IMG/VR virus record: IMGVR_UViG_3300027302_000005
Location: 18,458 to 82,457 of that record
Direction: 5' to 3' (one strand)
Origin: a virus
Length of the DNA stretch: 64,000 nt
Part shown: piece by piece, positions 31,116 through 40,643 of the stretch
How the letters are laid out: the number at the start of each line of letters is the position of its first letter
Numbering within the stretch: position 1 is the first letter of the stretch
Notes under the pieces: generated by a model
Seen by the model: only the letters and a program-made list of their open reading frames with translations
The model's database searches: none
What the model was told of the DNA's origin: nothing
Position numbers and translations under genes: made by a program

Positions 31116-31143
31116 AATATAACACAAGTAGATTCATTGTCAA
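31116..31143 (-). promoter_or_regulatory. sigma70-type promoter of the HNH gene
   Basis: TTGACA-N16-TATATT with extended TG. Confidence 0.6.
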
Positions 31144-31151
31144 CCTATAAA

Positions 31152-32186
31152 TCAGGTCGAGCTATAGAGACGGACAACAGCAGCCGGACGGCGAGCAACA
31201 GCCAGCAGGTTCATTTCCGAACGGATGATGACAGAGCCATCAATCGGGTCGCGGTGAGTAAACAGATAAGACTCTTGACCTTGGGTATTTATCGTGCTCA
31301 TCGTGTTAGCCGGAGCGGCATACACACCGAACACATCCATAGTACCAGCAGGAACAAGGCGTGCTTCGTTAGCGGTCATAAACGCAGTGCCACCGAAGTC
31401 AGAACCACGATATTCGATGAAGCGTACACCACCGTATTCAAACACGCGAGTACCCATCGGCAGATTGCTCTCCAGACGCTGACGCAGCGGCTCTTGAGTG
31501 GACGAGTAGTAGGTGTAGGCAGCTTGCACCTTGGCGTGCTTAATCAGGTTGCTGAAGAAGCCCGGAGAGCAGAAGGCGATAAAGCCAGTAGCCACTTCAC
31601 CACCTGCTTGCAGGTTGTCGATGATGTGGGCAATACCTTCTTCCACTTTACCCATGATGTCAGTGGTGGACGTACCAAACACGAAATCAATTTCCTTACG
31701 GGTGATACCAAACTCAGTATAGAAGTTGGTAGAAATCGTACCGTTCGGGGCGTAGATCGTGCCGTCAGCCAGCAGTTGAGCAAACGCCTTTTCCTTCAGT
31801 TGCATATGCGACATACGGATACGTTCGATCTTACGAGCCAGAGCCAACCCTTCTTGTTCAGCTTGATCGACAGTGCCGTAGGCAGAGCGAGAAGCAATAT
31901 CTTCCGGCTTCAGAACATCATCCAGCGGGAAGTGAGGAACGTTGAAGGAATACAGCTTACGCACATAATCCTTAGAAACGTTGTTACGTTCACCACGAAT
32001 CCGGTCAACCATAACAGCGCCAGACTTGGTGATTTGTTCCATGCTAACAGTGGAAGTGGTGACACCTTCAGTAGCGGGGAAAATACCAGATTGAGTGATA
32101 ATACCCCACTGGTTAGGAATCAGATTAATTTCCGGTGTGCGGTCGATGATCTGAAAAGCATCGGTGTAAGAGCGAACTACGGCCAT
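31152..32186 (-). CDS. major capsid protein (lambda E-like family)
   Basis: PHFPLDD, FEYGGVRFIEY, APANTM, EMNLL..RRPAAV; strong codon bias. Confidence 0.92.
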   Translation of the reverse strand: MAVVRSYTDAFQIIDRTPEINLIPNQWGIITQSGIFPATEGVTTSTVSMEQITKSGAVMVDRIRGERNNVSKDYVRKLYSFNVPHFPLDDVLKPEDIASRSAYGTVDQAEQEGLALARKIERIRMSHMQLKEKAFAQLLADGTIYAPNGTISTNFYTEFGITRKEIDFVFGTSTTDIMGKVEEGIAHIIDNLQAGGEVATGFIAFCSPGFFSNLIKHAKVQAAYTYYSSTQEPLRQRLESNLPMGTRVFEYGGVRFIEYRGSDFGGTAFMTANEARLVPAGTMDVFGVYAAPANTMSTINTQGQESYLFTHRDPIDGSVIIRSEMNLLAVARRPAAVVRLYSST

Positions 32187-32205
32187 TACCTATATCTCCT
32201 TATTA

Positions 32206-32907
32206 TTAGATTTGAGCTTCAGCGATAATGCCGACAGCAGCCATTTGAGCGTAGATAGCATCCTTCTCAGGAGTGGTATCAATCGAACTACCCAGAGTGA
32301 GGGCATTCTTGGCAACAATGGCAGGGCCACGCTCCAGAATCAGCACAGTGGTATCAGTGGTGGCAGCAACAGAAGTATCGCCATAAGCACCGACAGTTCC
32401 GCCAATGTAGATACCGGCAAACACGTTGCTTCCATCGGTTGCGTTGTTTTCCAGAATCTTGTACTTTTCAGTGCCGGACACAGTGATGGTGAAAGTGTCA
32501 CCAACGATGAAATCGGTAGAGCCGTCAGCCAGCGTGAAGGCCAGACCAGCGCCAACGAAAGCCGAAGCTACGTTACCAGTGCCAACCAGCGCACCATTTT
32601 GGTTGCGAATTTCAAAAGCACCAGCGTTGCTGGCAGCAGCGGTAATACGCAGGGTGTAGGTACCGATACGAGCATGAGAGGAAACAGTGATGCTTCCCAT
32701 CGCGCCGTTACCAGTGTTACCAGAGCCAGCTACGGCAGCAGCAGCGCCGCTAACCAGAGTTTTACCCAGAACAGTACCGGGGGTGTAAGTCTTCAGGGAC
32801 GCTTCATAAGCGGTTACAGCCTTGCGGCAGAAGCCAGCGTTAGGCTCAAACTCGTACTTGACGACATTGCCAATACGTGTACCTTCAGTGGCAATCAATG
32901 CAGCCAT
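32206..32907 (-). CDS. head decoration protein
   Basis: VKYE, GTVLGK, LERGPAIV; between scaffold and capsid. Confidence 0.85.
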   Translation of the reverse strand: MAALIATEGTRIGNVVKYEFEPNAGFCRKAVTAYEASLKTYTPGTVLGKTLVSGAAAAVAGSGNTGNGAMGSITVSSHARIGTYTLRITAAASNAGAFEIRNQNGALVGTGNVASAFVGAGLAFTLADGSTDFIVGDTFTITVSGTEKYKILENNATDGSNVFAGIYIGGTVGAYGDTSVAATTDTTVLILERGPAIVAKNALTLGSSIDTTPEKDAIYAQMAAVGIIAEAQI

Positions 32908-32928
32908 GTTTATTCTCCTTGTTTGTTA

Positions 32929-34257
32929 TTACTTAGGTGCGTACTTGGCTTTCAGGACAGCCGACGCTTTGTCTTCTTGCACCGGCTCAGCATCGCCACC
33001 AGTGATTCCTTTTTCGGCAAAAGCCTTTTCTTCCTCAACAGCCTTGGATTGCAGGGATGCAACAACTGTAGCGAAAGCAGCATCATCAAGACCGGACAGC
33101 GAGGCATGGAGAACCTTGGCTTGATCTTGGTCAACAACAGCTTCCAGAGCAGCAAGACGCTTGTTAGACGCTTCCTGAGCAGCGGCAGTTTGCATTTGAG
33201 CAATCTGAGCCTGAGCATCAGCAACAGCCTTTTGCAGTTCAGCAGCTTGAGCCTGAGCAGCTTCAAATGCTTCATTCTGAGCATTCAGAGCGGCAGCCAG
33301 TTCGCTATTCTTTGCTACAGCAGCTTCCAGATCAGCTTGCAGCGAAGCAACAGCTTCTTGTTCAATGACATCAGTAGTCATGTTTTTATTTTCCCCTTTA
33401 GATTTGAAAGAGAATCGCATAGGTTTCTCCACTAGGTCAGCTAGATAGTTACTAAAATCTTCTCGTGTCATCACCTTATCGGCAAATCCAATATCAACAG
33501 CGTCTTTAGCCATCAACACTTTTGCTTGAGTAGACTTAACAACACCTACGTCGATTCCCGTCATATCCGCAACATACTCAGTAAACTGTTGATATAGAGC
33601 ATCGACTTTATATTGGATGTCAGCCAAGAAATCTTCTCGGAAACTACCATCCTCTTTGAAAGGAATCTTACTATCACCTGCATAAATATAAGTGTCTTCA
33701 ACACCCATATTGTTCATGGCTTTATTCATATTCCTAAGTTTTACAACAACACCAACGCTTCCTAATTCAGCGTCAGGATTGGCAACAATTTCATGTGCAG
33801 CGACAGAAAGACCAAAGGCAGCAGAAGCACTTAATCCGTCAACATAGGCAACCAGATGAATACCTTTCTGGTCTGCTTGTTTGCGAAGATAACGACCAGT
33901 TTCCATCATCCCATAAGCTTCGCCACCCGGACTGTCAACATCCATTACAATTGTCTTGGCTCCCATACTAGCAAGTTTATCAAAGTCATCTACGACTTGC
34001 TGATAAGAGCTATTTTGTTCACCGCACATTGCTTCATATTCAATATAAGTGAGTGGGCCTTTTACAGACAGCACTCCCACTTGCGTTTCAGCAACATATT
34101 GAACACTTCGTTCTTTTGGTTTCTTTTCCAACTGTACAGCAAGCTCTGCATGATTATTTCGATCATCCAGATAAGTAAACACTCGCTCAAGAGATGCCGG
34201 AAGCATCAAATGAGGGGTGTTGTACAACTTGTTAGTCAAGCGTAACAACTTCCCCAT
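32929..34257 (-). CDS. S49 prohead protease fused to scaffold
   Basis: DVDSPGGE, SASAA, GSVGV; Ala/Gln coiled-coil C-terminus. Confidence 0.9.
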   Translation of the reverse strand: MGKLLRLTNKLYNTPHLMLPASLERVFTYLDDRNNHAELAVQLEKKPKERSVQYVAETQVGVLSVKGPLTYIEYEAMCGEQNSSYQQVVDDFDKLASMGAKTIVMDVDSPGGEAYGMMETGRYLRKQADQKGIHLVAYVDGLSASAAFGLSVAAHEIVANPDAELGSVGVVVKLRNMNKAMNNMGVEDTYIYAGDSKIPFKEDGSFREDFLADIQYKVDALYQQFTEYVADMTGIDVGVVKSTQAKVLMAKDAVDIGFADKVMTREDFSNYLADLVEKPMRFSFKSKGENKNMTTDVIEQEAVASLQADLEAAVAKNSELAAALNAQNEAFEAAQAQAAELQKAVADAQAQIAQMQTAAAQEASNKRLAALEAVVDQDQAKVLHASLSGLDDAAFATVVASLQSKAVEEEKAFAEKGITGGDAEPVQEDKASAVLKAKYAPK

Positions 34258-34276
34258 TATTGTATTTCTCCTTTAT

Positions 34277-35755
34277 TCATCCCTTGTTTTCAGCGTTAAG
34301 GCTACTATTATCGTCCTCTGCTACAGAATCAGAAGTTCCGTTACCGGCTCCCTTATCCATACCATCCCCGCTTCTTGATGTGGGCTTACCAAGCAAGACA
34401 TTCAATTCTTCTTGGTCAATATCATCTTCAACTTCATCAGGAAGTCCCAACACTTCAGCAATGTAATTAACATTCTTGGCAGTGGGTGTAATCAGCCCGA
34501 CAGCTTTGATTCGCTGGATAGCTTTACTGAATGCTTCAAGGTCAATCTCATCCAAATCCCCATAAACAAACTTAGGCATTTCTTCATCACGCCATCCGTT
34601 CATCTTGTACAACCAAGGAATCAGGTCATTATTGAGCGTGTCTTGAATCTCTTTCAGACGGGCTTCAATGCCCATAGCCAACAGGTTGGTTTTAGAATCA
34701 GCAAGGGAATAACTCCCAACACCATCCTGCCCAAGCCGCATAACGTCACTAAAGAGAGCAGTAAGAATCTTGTTGTCGTATCTGGTAATCGCTTGAGCAA
34801 TATATTGTGCTGTCGTATTATCTACGGAAAGAAGCTCAAAATCGAACATTTTGTTCTTCCCTTCATCATACATGAGCGGCATAACAATACCTGTTTGCTC
34901 ATTCATCTGAAGGTTGCGAACCATGTTCTTATAGTAGGTATAGACTGCTTGGTCGGCCTCACTAGCATCATCAGCCATAAACTTGGGATGCAGCCAGACA
35001 ATCGGAACACCGTTAATGTTCTTGCTATAACCAACAGCTTCAATCTCTTCCAATTCTTTACGGAAGCGATAAGCAATGTAGCAATTGGACAAAGGAGATG
35101 TCCCTTCTGGATTATCCTTCGTAGCATCTGTACGGAACAACATGAACCTGTCACGAGGGATGAAGATTGGTGTCCCTGTGGGTTGATAACGAATATAGTC
35201 ACCGTTGTTGACAATGGTCTGTTCAAGCCCAATCAGTTCTCGCCCATCCTCGCTGAACACCCACTTGGTAATACTATCTTGACTTCGTGGAGCAAGCTTA
35301 CGTAAGCCAACAAACCCGTCATTATATTTACTACCATTGGCGTAGCGCCTACGATAAGGAACCTTCTCGATTACGGCATGTCCATATGTAAATACTGTAG
35401 TAACTTCCTTGATAAACTCAAGCCAACTTCCTTGCATATCGTTCATACAGGATTCAATAAACTCTGCACGAAGTTTCTGTTGGTCTGTTGCATCTTCACA
35501 TGCTTCAACATCCCACTTGACACGACTAATCATTAGTTCGTATGCTTTAAGGGCGGCAGAGATTGTTGTATCTTTACGCATTTCCTTGTAGGTTTTAATG
35601 CTGGTAGGCCAGCGAAGTTCTCGTCTAGCCTCTTCAAAGATAATCCCGCTGCTGACATTCAAGCCGCTATAGCCGATTTCAGTCATCTTCATTCGGGGGA
35701 TTGGAGCGCCATCAGAACTAAGCTGAGTGAAATCTTCTAGCTCTTTTTCAGCCAT
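34277..35755 (-). CDS. portal protein
   Basis: Follows terL; NPEGTSPL, GSYSLADSK. Confidence 0.88.
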   Translation of the reverse strand: MAEKELEDFTQLSSDGAPIPRMKMTEIGYSGLNVSSGIIFEEARRELRWPTSIKTYKEMRKDTTISAALKAYELMISRVKWDVEACEDATDQQKLRAEFIESCMNDMQGSWLEFIKEVTTVFTYGHAVIEKVPYRRRYANGSKYNDGFVGLRKLAPRSQDSITKWVFSEDGRELIGLEQTIVNNGDYIRYQPTGTPIFIPRDRFMLFRTDATKDNPEGTSPLSNCYIAYRFRKELEEIEAVGYSKNINGVPIVWLHPKFMADDASEADQAVYTYYKNMVRNLQMNEQTGIVMPLMYDEGKNKMFDFELLSVDNTTAQYIAQAITRYDNKILTALFSDVMRLGQDGVGSYSLADSKTNLLAMGIEARLKEIQDTLNNDLIPWLYKMNGWRDEEMPKFVYGDLDEIDLEAFSKAIQRIKAVGLITPTAKNVNYIAEVLGLPDEVEDDIDQEELNVLLGKPTSRSGDGMDKGAGNGTSDSVAEDDNSSLNAENKG

Positions 35756-35782
35756 AAGGCTTCTCTCCTTTTTGTTAGTTGA

Positions 35783-37114
35783 TTATGCAAAACCAAACCT
35801 TGATGTTGATGTAGTTTCAGGAAGTGAGAATGTTGGAATTGATATTCCAGTTGCTAGCATGGAGAATCCATCTCCGCATGTGTCCACAATATCATCGTGG
35901 ACTCGCCTGCTACCATCAAAGCCTTCTAGTTCTTGGATAAAGGCATCATTCCATTCACCGGCTACAATCTTGACATTTCCAGATTCACATGCTGCACAGA
36001 ATGGGGCAAAACGTTGAACTTTAGACTTAGATGTATGTTTTGACTTAGCATAAAATCCATGTTCAGCAAGATCACGAACTAATGTGGAGGCATATTGCTT
36101 ACCCGCGCTGCCGGGGTCTTGAGGTACTACAATAAGTACGTCATCTCCGTCTTGTCTTGCGGTTTCAAGAATCCGTTGAAACACTTCACCATGCCTAGCT
36201 CTAAATCTTACAACATCCTCAACATAGTAATTTCCGTACTTGTCTTTCGATATTAAAGTTCCAACTGTCCAGTCAGGGTCAGGCATTAGTTCAGACGGAA
36301 CACTTCCGCTAATATCCCATGCTCTTACTTTCTTTGTGATATTTACAGGGGGGAGGGGTATAATTTCACACCACTCTTTCTTCCAATATCCCGTCCCTTC
36401 AGCCGACACATTCCAGTTGCCCCACAGAAGCCTAGCTTTTTCAACCCTACCAAGAGCTTCAAGCCATCCAACATATTCAGGCTGATTTTCCATAAGAACT
36501 GGATTATCGTAGCATGTGGCATTAATGAAAGTGAAGCTCATCACAAGCTCACGCTTCACTTTAAACTGTTCCATCAACTCTTCGGGTGTGTCGGCATAGT
36601 AGTTAGTATTGTCTCTACGGACAAAATACCTTATCTGGCCACACCTTTCTTCGATAGGATACCCTTCCTCATCAAGCCACCAACTAATCCACTTCTTCAC
36701 CCATGAGCTAGAATCTGGGTTCATTGTGCAACGGACTCTTGGCTTCACTTCTGGACAACTCGGATTACGGAGGCGGGAGAGAATGTACATGAACATTTCT
36801 TCTTCGTACTGAACGCACTCATCAATAAGTGCTTCAGATATTTCCATACCTTGCCAGTTGTCTTTATCTTTTAAATGTTCAAAGTGCCTAAGATATATCT
36901 CAGCACCAGACGAGAAAACAAACTTGTTTTCCATGCTTTTATAGCGAACCTTCGGGTCAACCCGCTTGAATAAGTCCATCGCCTTATCAAGCAATCCACC
37001 CGGCCCTTTTAACTGTGTAGTAGTTCTTCGGGTAAATACCCCACGGAAATTCCTATGATGAATGTGTTGCAGAAAGTCCATTACACCCAAGTATGACTTG
37101 CCGCTACCTGCTGC
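35783..37114 (-). CDS. terL: terminase large subunit, exon 2
   Basis: AAGSGKS, Walker B LIDE, TMNP, AWD, HDDIVD. Confidence 0.93.
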   Translation of the reverse strand, partial: AAGSGKSYLGVMDFLQHIHHRNFRGVFTRRTTTQLKGPGGLLDKAMDLFKRVDPKVRYKSMENKFVFSSGAEIYLRHFEHLKDKDNWQGMEISEALIDECVQYEEEMFMYILSRLRNPSCPEVKPRVRCTMNPDSSSWVKKWISWWLDEEGYPIEERCGQIRYFVRRDNTNYYADTPEELMEQFKVKRELVMSFTFINATCYDNPVLMENQPEYVGWLEALGRVEKARLLWGNWNVSAEGTGYWKKEWCEIIPLPPVNITKKVRAWDISGSVPSELMPDPDWTVGTLISKDKYGNYYVEDVVRFRARHGEVFQRILETARQDGDDVLIVVPQDPGSAGKQYASTLVRDLAEHGFYAKSKHTSKSKVQRFAPFCAACESGNVKIVAGEWNDAFIQELEGFDGSRRVHDDIVDTCGDGFSMLATGISIPTFSLPETTSTSRFGFA

Positions 37115-37389
37115 CTTTCAGTTTTAGAGACGCTACCCTCTTTCCACCATTTATGATGTTGTCGGACTATATCTTCATACCGTTAGGTATGCCCCCCGTT
37201 TCGATGTCGCTTGACACCTACTGGCTTACACTCATCGGCCATAGTCTCTGCACGTTCTTAGTAGTCACTTCGTAACTCTTACCTACGCTTGGGTAGACTA
37301 AGCTTCGCTCAGGATTGCCCTCGACTTTACGTTAGGGTTTCCCTGAATTAGAGGGGTTTTTGTTTTTACAAAACAGGAGGCGCTTATTC
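37115..37389 (-). ncRNA. group I self-splicing intron (275 nt, no ORF)
   Basis: P AATTCAGGGAAA, Q AATCCTGAGCGAAG, R GCAGAGACTA, S AAGATATAGTCC; exon ends in U, intron ends in G; removal restores GGAAGSGKS. Confidence 0.93.
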
Positions 37390-37482
37390 ACCACCAAAAA
37401 ATACAATGTCGGCTTTAGAAGTAATAAACATTTCCTGCTTACGACTTTTCGGGCCAATCACTTCTTTAGTTTGTTTAGTCAT
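37390..37482 (-). CDS. terL: terminase large subunit, exon 1 (31 codons)
   Basis: AGGTGG RBS; MTKQTKEVIGPKSRKQEMFITSKADIVFFGG. Confidence 0.9.
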
Positions 37483-37512
37483 ATCCACCTGCTGTTATTA
37501 TCCTATAAAAGC

Positions 37513-37540
37513 AGAATAACACCACTTTCCTACTTGTCAA
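37513..37540 (-). promoter_or_regulatory. sigma70-type promoter upstream of terL
   Basis: TTGACA-N16-TATTCT with extended TG. Confidence 0.6.
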
Positions 37541-37703
37541 TACCCTTTACGCAATCAATATCCGTATTATTTCTTTGGCAATAGTCTTCCCACTGTTTGT
37601 GGGCAGGGATTTGCTTCCCTAGGATTGGTTGTTCATTATTACTAACAACACAACCATTCATTATCATTGCCAACCAGACAACTGATACCATTTTCCATTG
37701 CAT
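37530..37703 (-). CDS. small putative lipoprotein
   Basis: MQWKMVSVVWLAMIMNG|C signal/lipobox-like, then PAHKQWEDYCQR..DC. Confidence 0.55.
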   Translation of the reverse strand: MQWKMVSVVWLAMIMNGCVVSNNEQPILGKQIPAHKQWEDYCQRNNTDIDCVKGIDK

Positions 37704-38035
37704 AACATACTGTCCCATTTATAAGGGAGAAGAGATGGTGTGGCTGGATTTGAATATCTGTTATCCAGAATGAAAGCACCTTTATCTGTGTTAACGTACA
37801 ATACACAATGCCCTTCATTTGTCTCAGTAAAACAAATACACAAACCAAGCTTATCGCTATCCCAACCAATCTCTAACAACCTTGCTCTCTTCAGCAAGGC
37901 ATAATCTTCACAATCACCATATTTTCCAGCAATTGTCCAATAATCTGGCAGCGAATACTGTTCTAAATCCTTTTTGTATTCTACTGACTTATTCACATCC
38001 CTGTGAATCTTTGCAGCAACATCGTACTTATTCAT
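37664..38035 (-). CDS. transglutaminase-like cysteine peptidase (BTLCP/C93, LapG-like)
   Basis: DYW...GDCEDYALLK...GHCVL...ILDNR Cys-His-Asp triad. Confidence 0.88.
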   Translation of the reverse strand: MNKYDVAAKIHRDVNKSVEYKKDLEQYSLPDYWTIAGKYGDCEDYALLKRARLLEIGWDSDKLGLCICFTETNEGHCVLYVNTDKGAFILDNRYSNPATPSLLPYKWDSMLCNGKWYQLSGWQ

Positions 38036-38052
38036 AGATGTTGCTCCTTACG

Positions 38053-38427
38053 TCAGGCTTGCTTTACGAGATACGGAGTGAATTCAAATCCTACTTCCGT
38101 ATTATCTTCGTTCTCAAGCTCTTTACCACCATTCTCTTTCTTGAGCTTTTCAATGGTGTAGCGTTGCAGCTCTTGACGATCAACTTCTTTCAAGCTATTC
38201 ATCATTGTGCTGACAATCCATTGAGCATTCTTGGTACGTTCTTTCATAGGTTCATTGGTATCTCGCATAGCCGCGATAATCAAGTCCATTGCTTCAGGGG
38301 CTACGTTACCAAGCTTACGCGCTACCATCGTATTAGAAGCCCTACCAAGGGGCTTCTCTTTCAATGTCGGGCGTCCGCCTTTATTGGATGAGACAATAAC
38401 TTCGTTATTCTCTTCCATACTGTCCAC
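38053..38427 (-). CDS. possible terminase small subunit
   Basis: NKGGRP basic N-terminus, helical, near terL; position-based. Confidence 0.4.
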   Translation of the reverse strand: MDSMEENNEVIVSSNKGGRPTLKEKPLGRASNTMVARKLGNVAPEAMDLIIAAMRDTNEPMKERTKNAQWIVSTMMNSLKEVDRQELQRYTIEKLKKENGGKELENEDNTEVGFEFTPYLVKQA

Positions 38428-38434
38428 CTCTTAT

Positions 38435-38776
38435 TTACATTGTTTCTTCTGTCTGAAGATATTCACCGTAAGTCTCAAGCCACTGAGACGTATCTGAGAT
38501 ATAATACGATGACAGATTAGACGGAAGCGTTGTCCCATACATGCGACACAGAAAATGCACACCGTCCAGATAAATCCAATCTGCATTGGGGTCGGGGTTG
38601 TTGGGGTCTGGAACTAATGGAACACCAATAGGGTCAAACCCTTCTCCCCAAAACTTCCCATATCCATTAGAATGGATAAAGCTGTAGTTGCTACCTTCTT
38701 GCAACTCAAATCCAGCGGCAACAATAGCAGCATCCGCTGTAGCTTTATTTGGAAAAATATAATAGCCATCAATCAT
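38435..38776 (-). CDS. hypothetical protein (possible fibre accessory)
   Basis: ATGA-coupled to fibre-like gene. Confidence 0.6.
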   Translation of the reverse strand: MIDGYYIFPNKATADAAIVAAGFELQEGSNYSFIHSNGYGKFWGEGFDPIGVPLVPDPNNPDPNADWIYLDGVHFLCRMYGTTLPSNLSSYYISDTSQWLETYGEYLQTEETM

Positions 38777-40029
38777 GGTATGTATCGTCCTAGTTGTGCC
38801 AAACGTTGAGGGGATAGCGAGTTTTTATAAATCTCAAGTTTCAATATAGGGTTGGAGAACTGATTACCAAATGTTCTTGTACTCCCTATGTATAACGTAA
38901 CTGCTTGTGTTGGCCTTGTAGCGGAACTACTGTTAATGTACTTACCATCTACAGATAATCTGGAAAGACCACGAGAAAATCCAGCAGCAAGAGTGTCAAG
39001 TCCTTTACGAGCAGGAAGGGTTGCTAGAACTGTTATACCACTAGCAGAATTTTGCGTATTCATTTCACCAGAAGCAAAGTTAAAATAAACTTGACCAAGA
39101 TTTCCAGCATTGAATGCCATAGCAAATAATGAACCAGTGCTATTGGCTGGATACGGAAGAATCGCGTAGTCGGCTACAATGGATGTATTATTGGAATCGA
39201 ACCGCGAAATGTTTGCTGCCGGAATAGACAACGAATCGGCGGTGAGGGTTACTGTTCCAGAAGTTGTAACAATTACAGGAGGTAGCGATCTAGCAGATGT
39301 TTGCTGAATGTTAAACCACCAAAACCCCTTGGCTGTATCTCCTGCATATGTTGTCGTAGTCGAAGGAACACCAGTATCACTACACCCCACAATTGACATC
39401 GTACCTGTGGCGGTAGCAGCAGCAATTGCTGTAGCATAAATCTCAACAAACCCATTCCTATCATAAATCCCACAGGGAATGTTTGACGGATTAGAAAAGA
39501 TTGTTTTGTTTGTCAAATCAAAGACAACAGTTTCTCCAGCAAATACACTGTTTGTAGTCTTGAACAGGATAGCAACATATCGCCTTCCTTCTGCTTTCAC
39601 AACTCCGTGAATGCAATACACAGCACCACTAGATGCAGATTGCGTTCTACTTACTTCATGCACTGCTGTTGTAGCAGTCTCACTAATGAAATAGGCACTC
39701 AGTCCAGACATAGGGGAAGCTATTGTAGTTCCCGGTACAGTATATCCTGTTTTAGTCCAAGAAGAATTAGAGGGAGTGTTACTTTGAGTCCACCTAGAAA
39801 TAACTGCAAACTCTGGTTTATAGGCCCATCCGATACCGGGTGTCCAAGTAATCGGCATTGTATCCGATGCCAGATTAGTCAAACTGCCGTCTGCATTCCA
39901 GCGGTAGCGTGTTTGTGAACGAGAGAATGTTGCACCTAAAGCAGTAAGAATTGCAGGTGCATCACCTGACTTGGTAAAATCAATAACAATTTCTTGAGGA
40001 TTTTCAGCAGTCAGGTATTTTACATCCAT
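38773..40029 (-). CDS. putative head/tail fibre with carbohydrate-binding/LamG-like folds
   Basis: ATFSRS..RYRWNADG motif, Ser/Thr-rich beta protein, LYIGS...LEIY..SLS end. Confidence 0.6.
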   Translation of the reverse strand: MDVKYLTAENPQEIVIDFTKSGDAPAILTALGATFSRSQTRYRWNADGSLTNLASDTMPITWTPGIGWAYKPEFAVISRWTQSNTPSNSSWTKTGYTVPGTTIASPMSGLSAYFISETATTAVHEVSRTQSASSGAVYCIHGVVKAEGRRYVAILFKTTNSVFAGETVVFDLTNKTIFSNPSNIPCGIYDRNGFVEIYATAIAAATATGTMSIVGCSDTGVPSTTTTYAGDTAKGFWWFNIQQTSARSLPPVIVTTSGTVTLTADSLSIPAANISRFDSNNTSIVADYAILPYPANSTGSLFAMAFNAGNLGQVYFNFASGEMNTQNSASGITVLATLPARKGLDTLAAGFSRGLSRLSVDGKYINSSSATRPTQAVTLYIGSTRTFGNQFSNPILKLEIYKNSLSPQRLAQLGRYIP

Positions 40030-40623
40030 TTAGTCCACCACTACAGAAAGGGTTAGTTTTTGAATATCGCTGGTAGTAGAAGGGGTGATTGCTGCTTCAG
40101 TAACAAGAGCTGCATATACAACGCCGTTTGTAGTACCACTGATAGGCATAGCCGCAGGGCCACTGTTATATACAGACTGGATACCACTTCCACCACCAGC
40201 ATTACCAGTAGCGGCATTGACTAGGCTAACAACCCCAATACGTTTTGCCACATCATTCTTGTGAAGCACGAAACCTGTCTTATCAGAAATCGTAGATGCT
40301 GTCGGGTTAGCATTAAACAACCAGAGAGTGAGGTTTGTAGAGCGATTATCAATCAAATCACAAGAAGCATATTGCAGAAGCCCAGATTCAATACCTGCAC
40401 GCAATACACCATTGAGTGTAAGCAACCCACCAATACAATCATATGCGCTGTATGCGGCAGCAGTGTTGGTAATGGATGTTACAGAAACACGATTAATCTT
40501 TCCGCTATTATACGACTCAACATAAACCTGACCATTTGCTCCAACTTTAAGCTGTCGGGTTTGATCGTCCGGGTCACGGATTATGCTCATTTCATTTTCT
40601 AGTTTAGAAGCGTCAACGCTCAT
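40030..40623 (-). CDS. putative virion protein
   Basis: Beta-rich, AGGAGA RBS, late-gene strand. Confidence 0.55.
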   Translation of the reverse strand: MSVDASKLENEMSIIRDPDDQTRQLKVGANGQVYVESYNSGKINRVSVTSITNTAAAYSAYDCIGGLLTLNGVLRAGIESGLLQYASCDLIDNRSTNLTLWLFNANPTASTISDKTGFVLHKNDVAKRIGVVSLVNAATGNAGGGSGIQSVYNSGPAAMPISGTTNGVVYAALVTEAAITPSTTSDIQKLTLSVVVD

Positions 40624-40643
40624 AATCCCTATTCTCCTAATAA

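Noticed and set aside
27185-33435. Long plus-strand ORFs (27185-28330, 31113-32228, 32212-33435) antisense to sheath, capsid and decoration/scaffold genes
   Set aside because: Shadow frames caused by codon bias of highly expressed genes; no RBS or recognisable motifs
35783-37090. TerL as a 435 aa protein lacking Walker A, or as a pseudogene
   Set aside because: Explained by the group I intron; the spliced frame is intact
37093-37584. Plus-strand ORFs 37093-37275 and 37360-37584
   Set aside because: Antisense to the intron and terL exon 1
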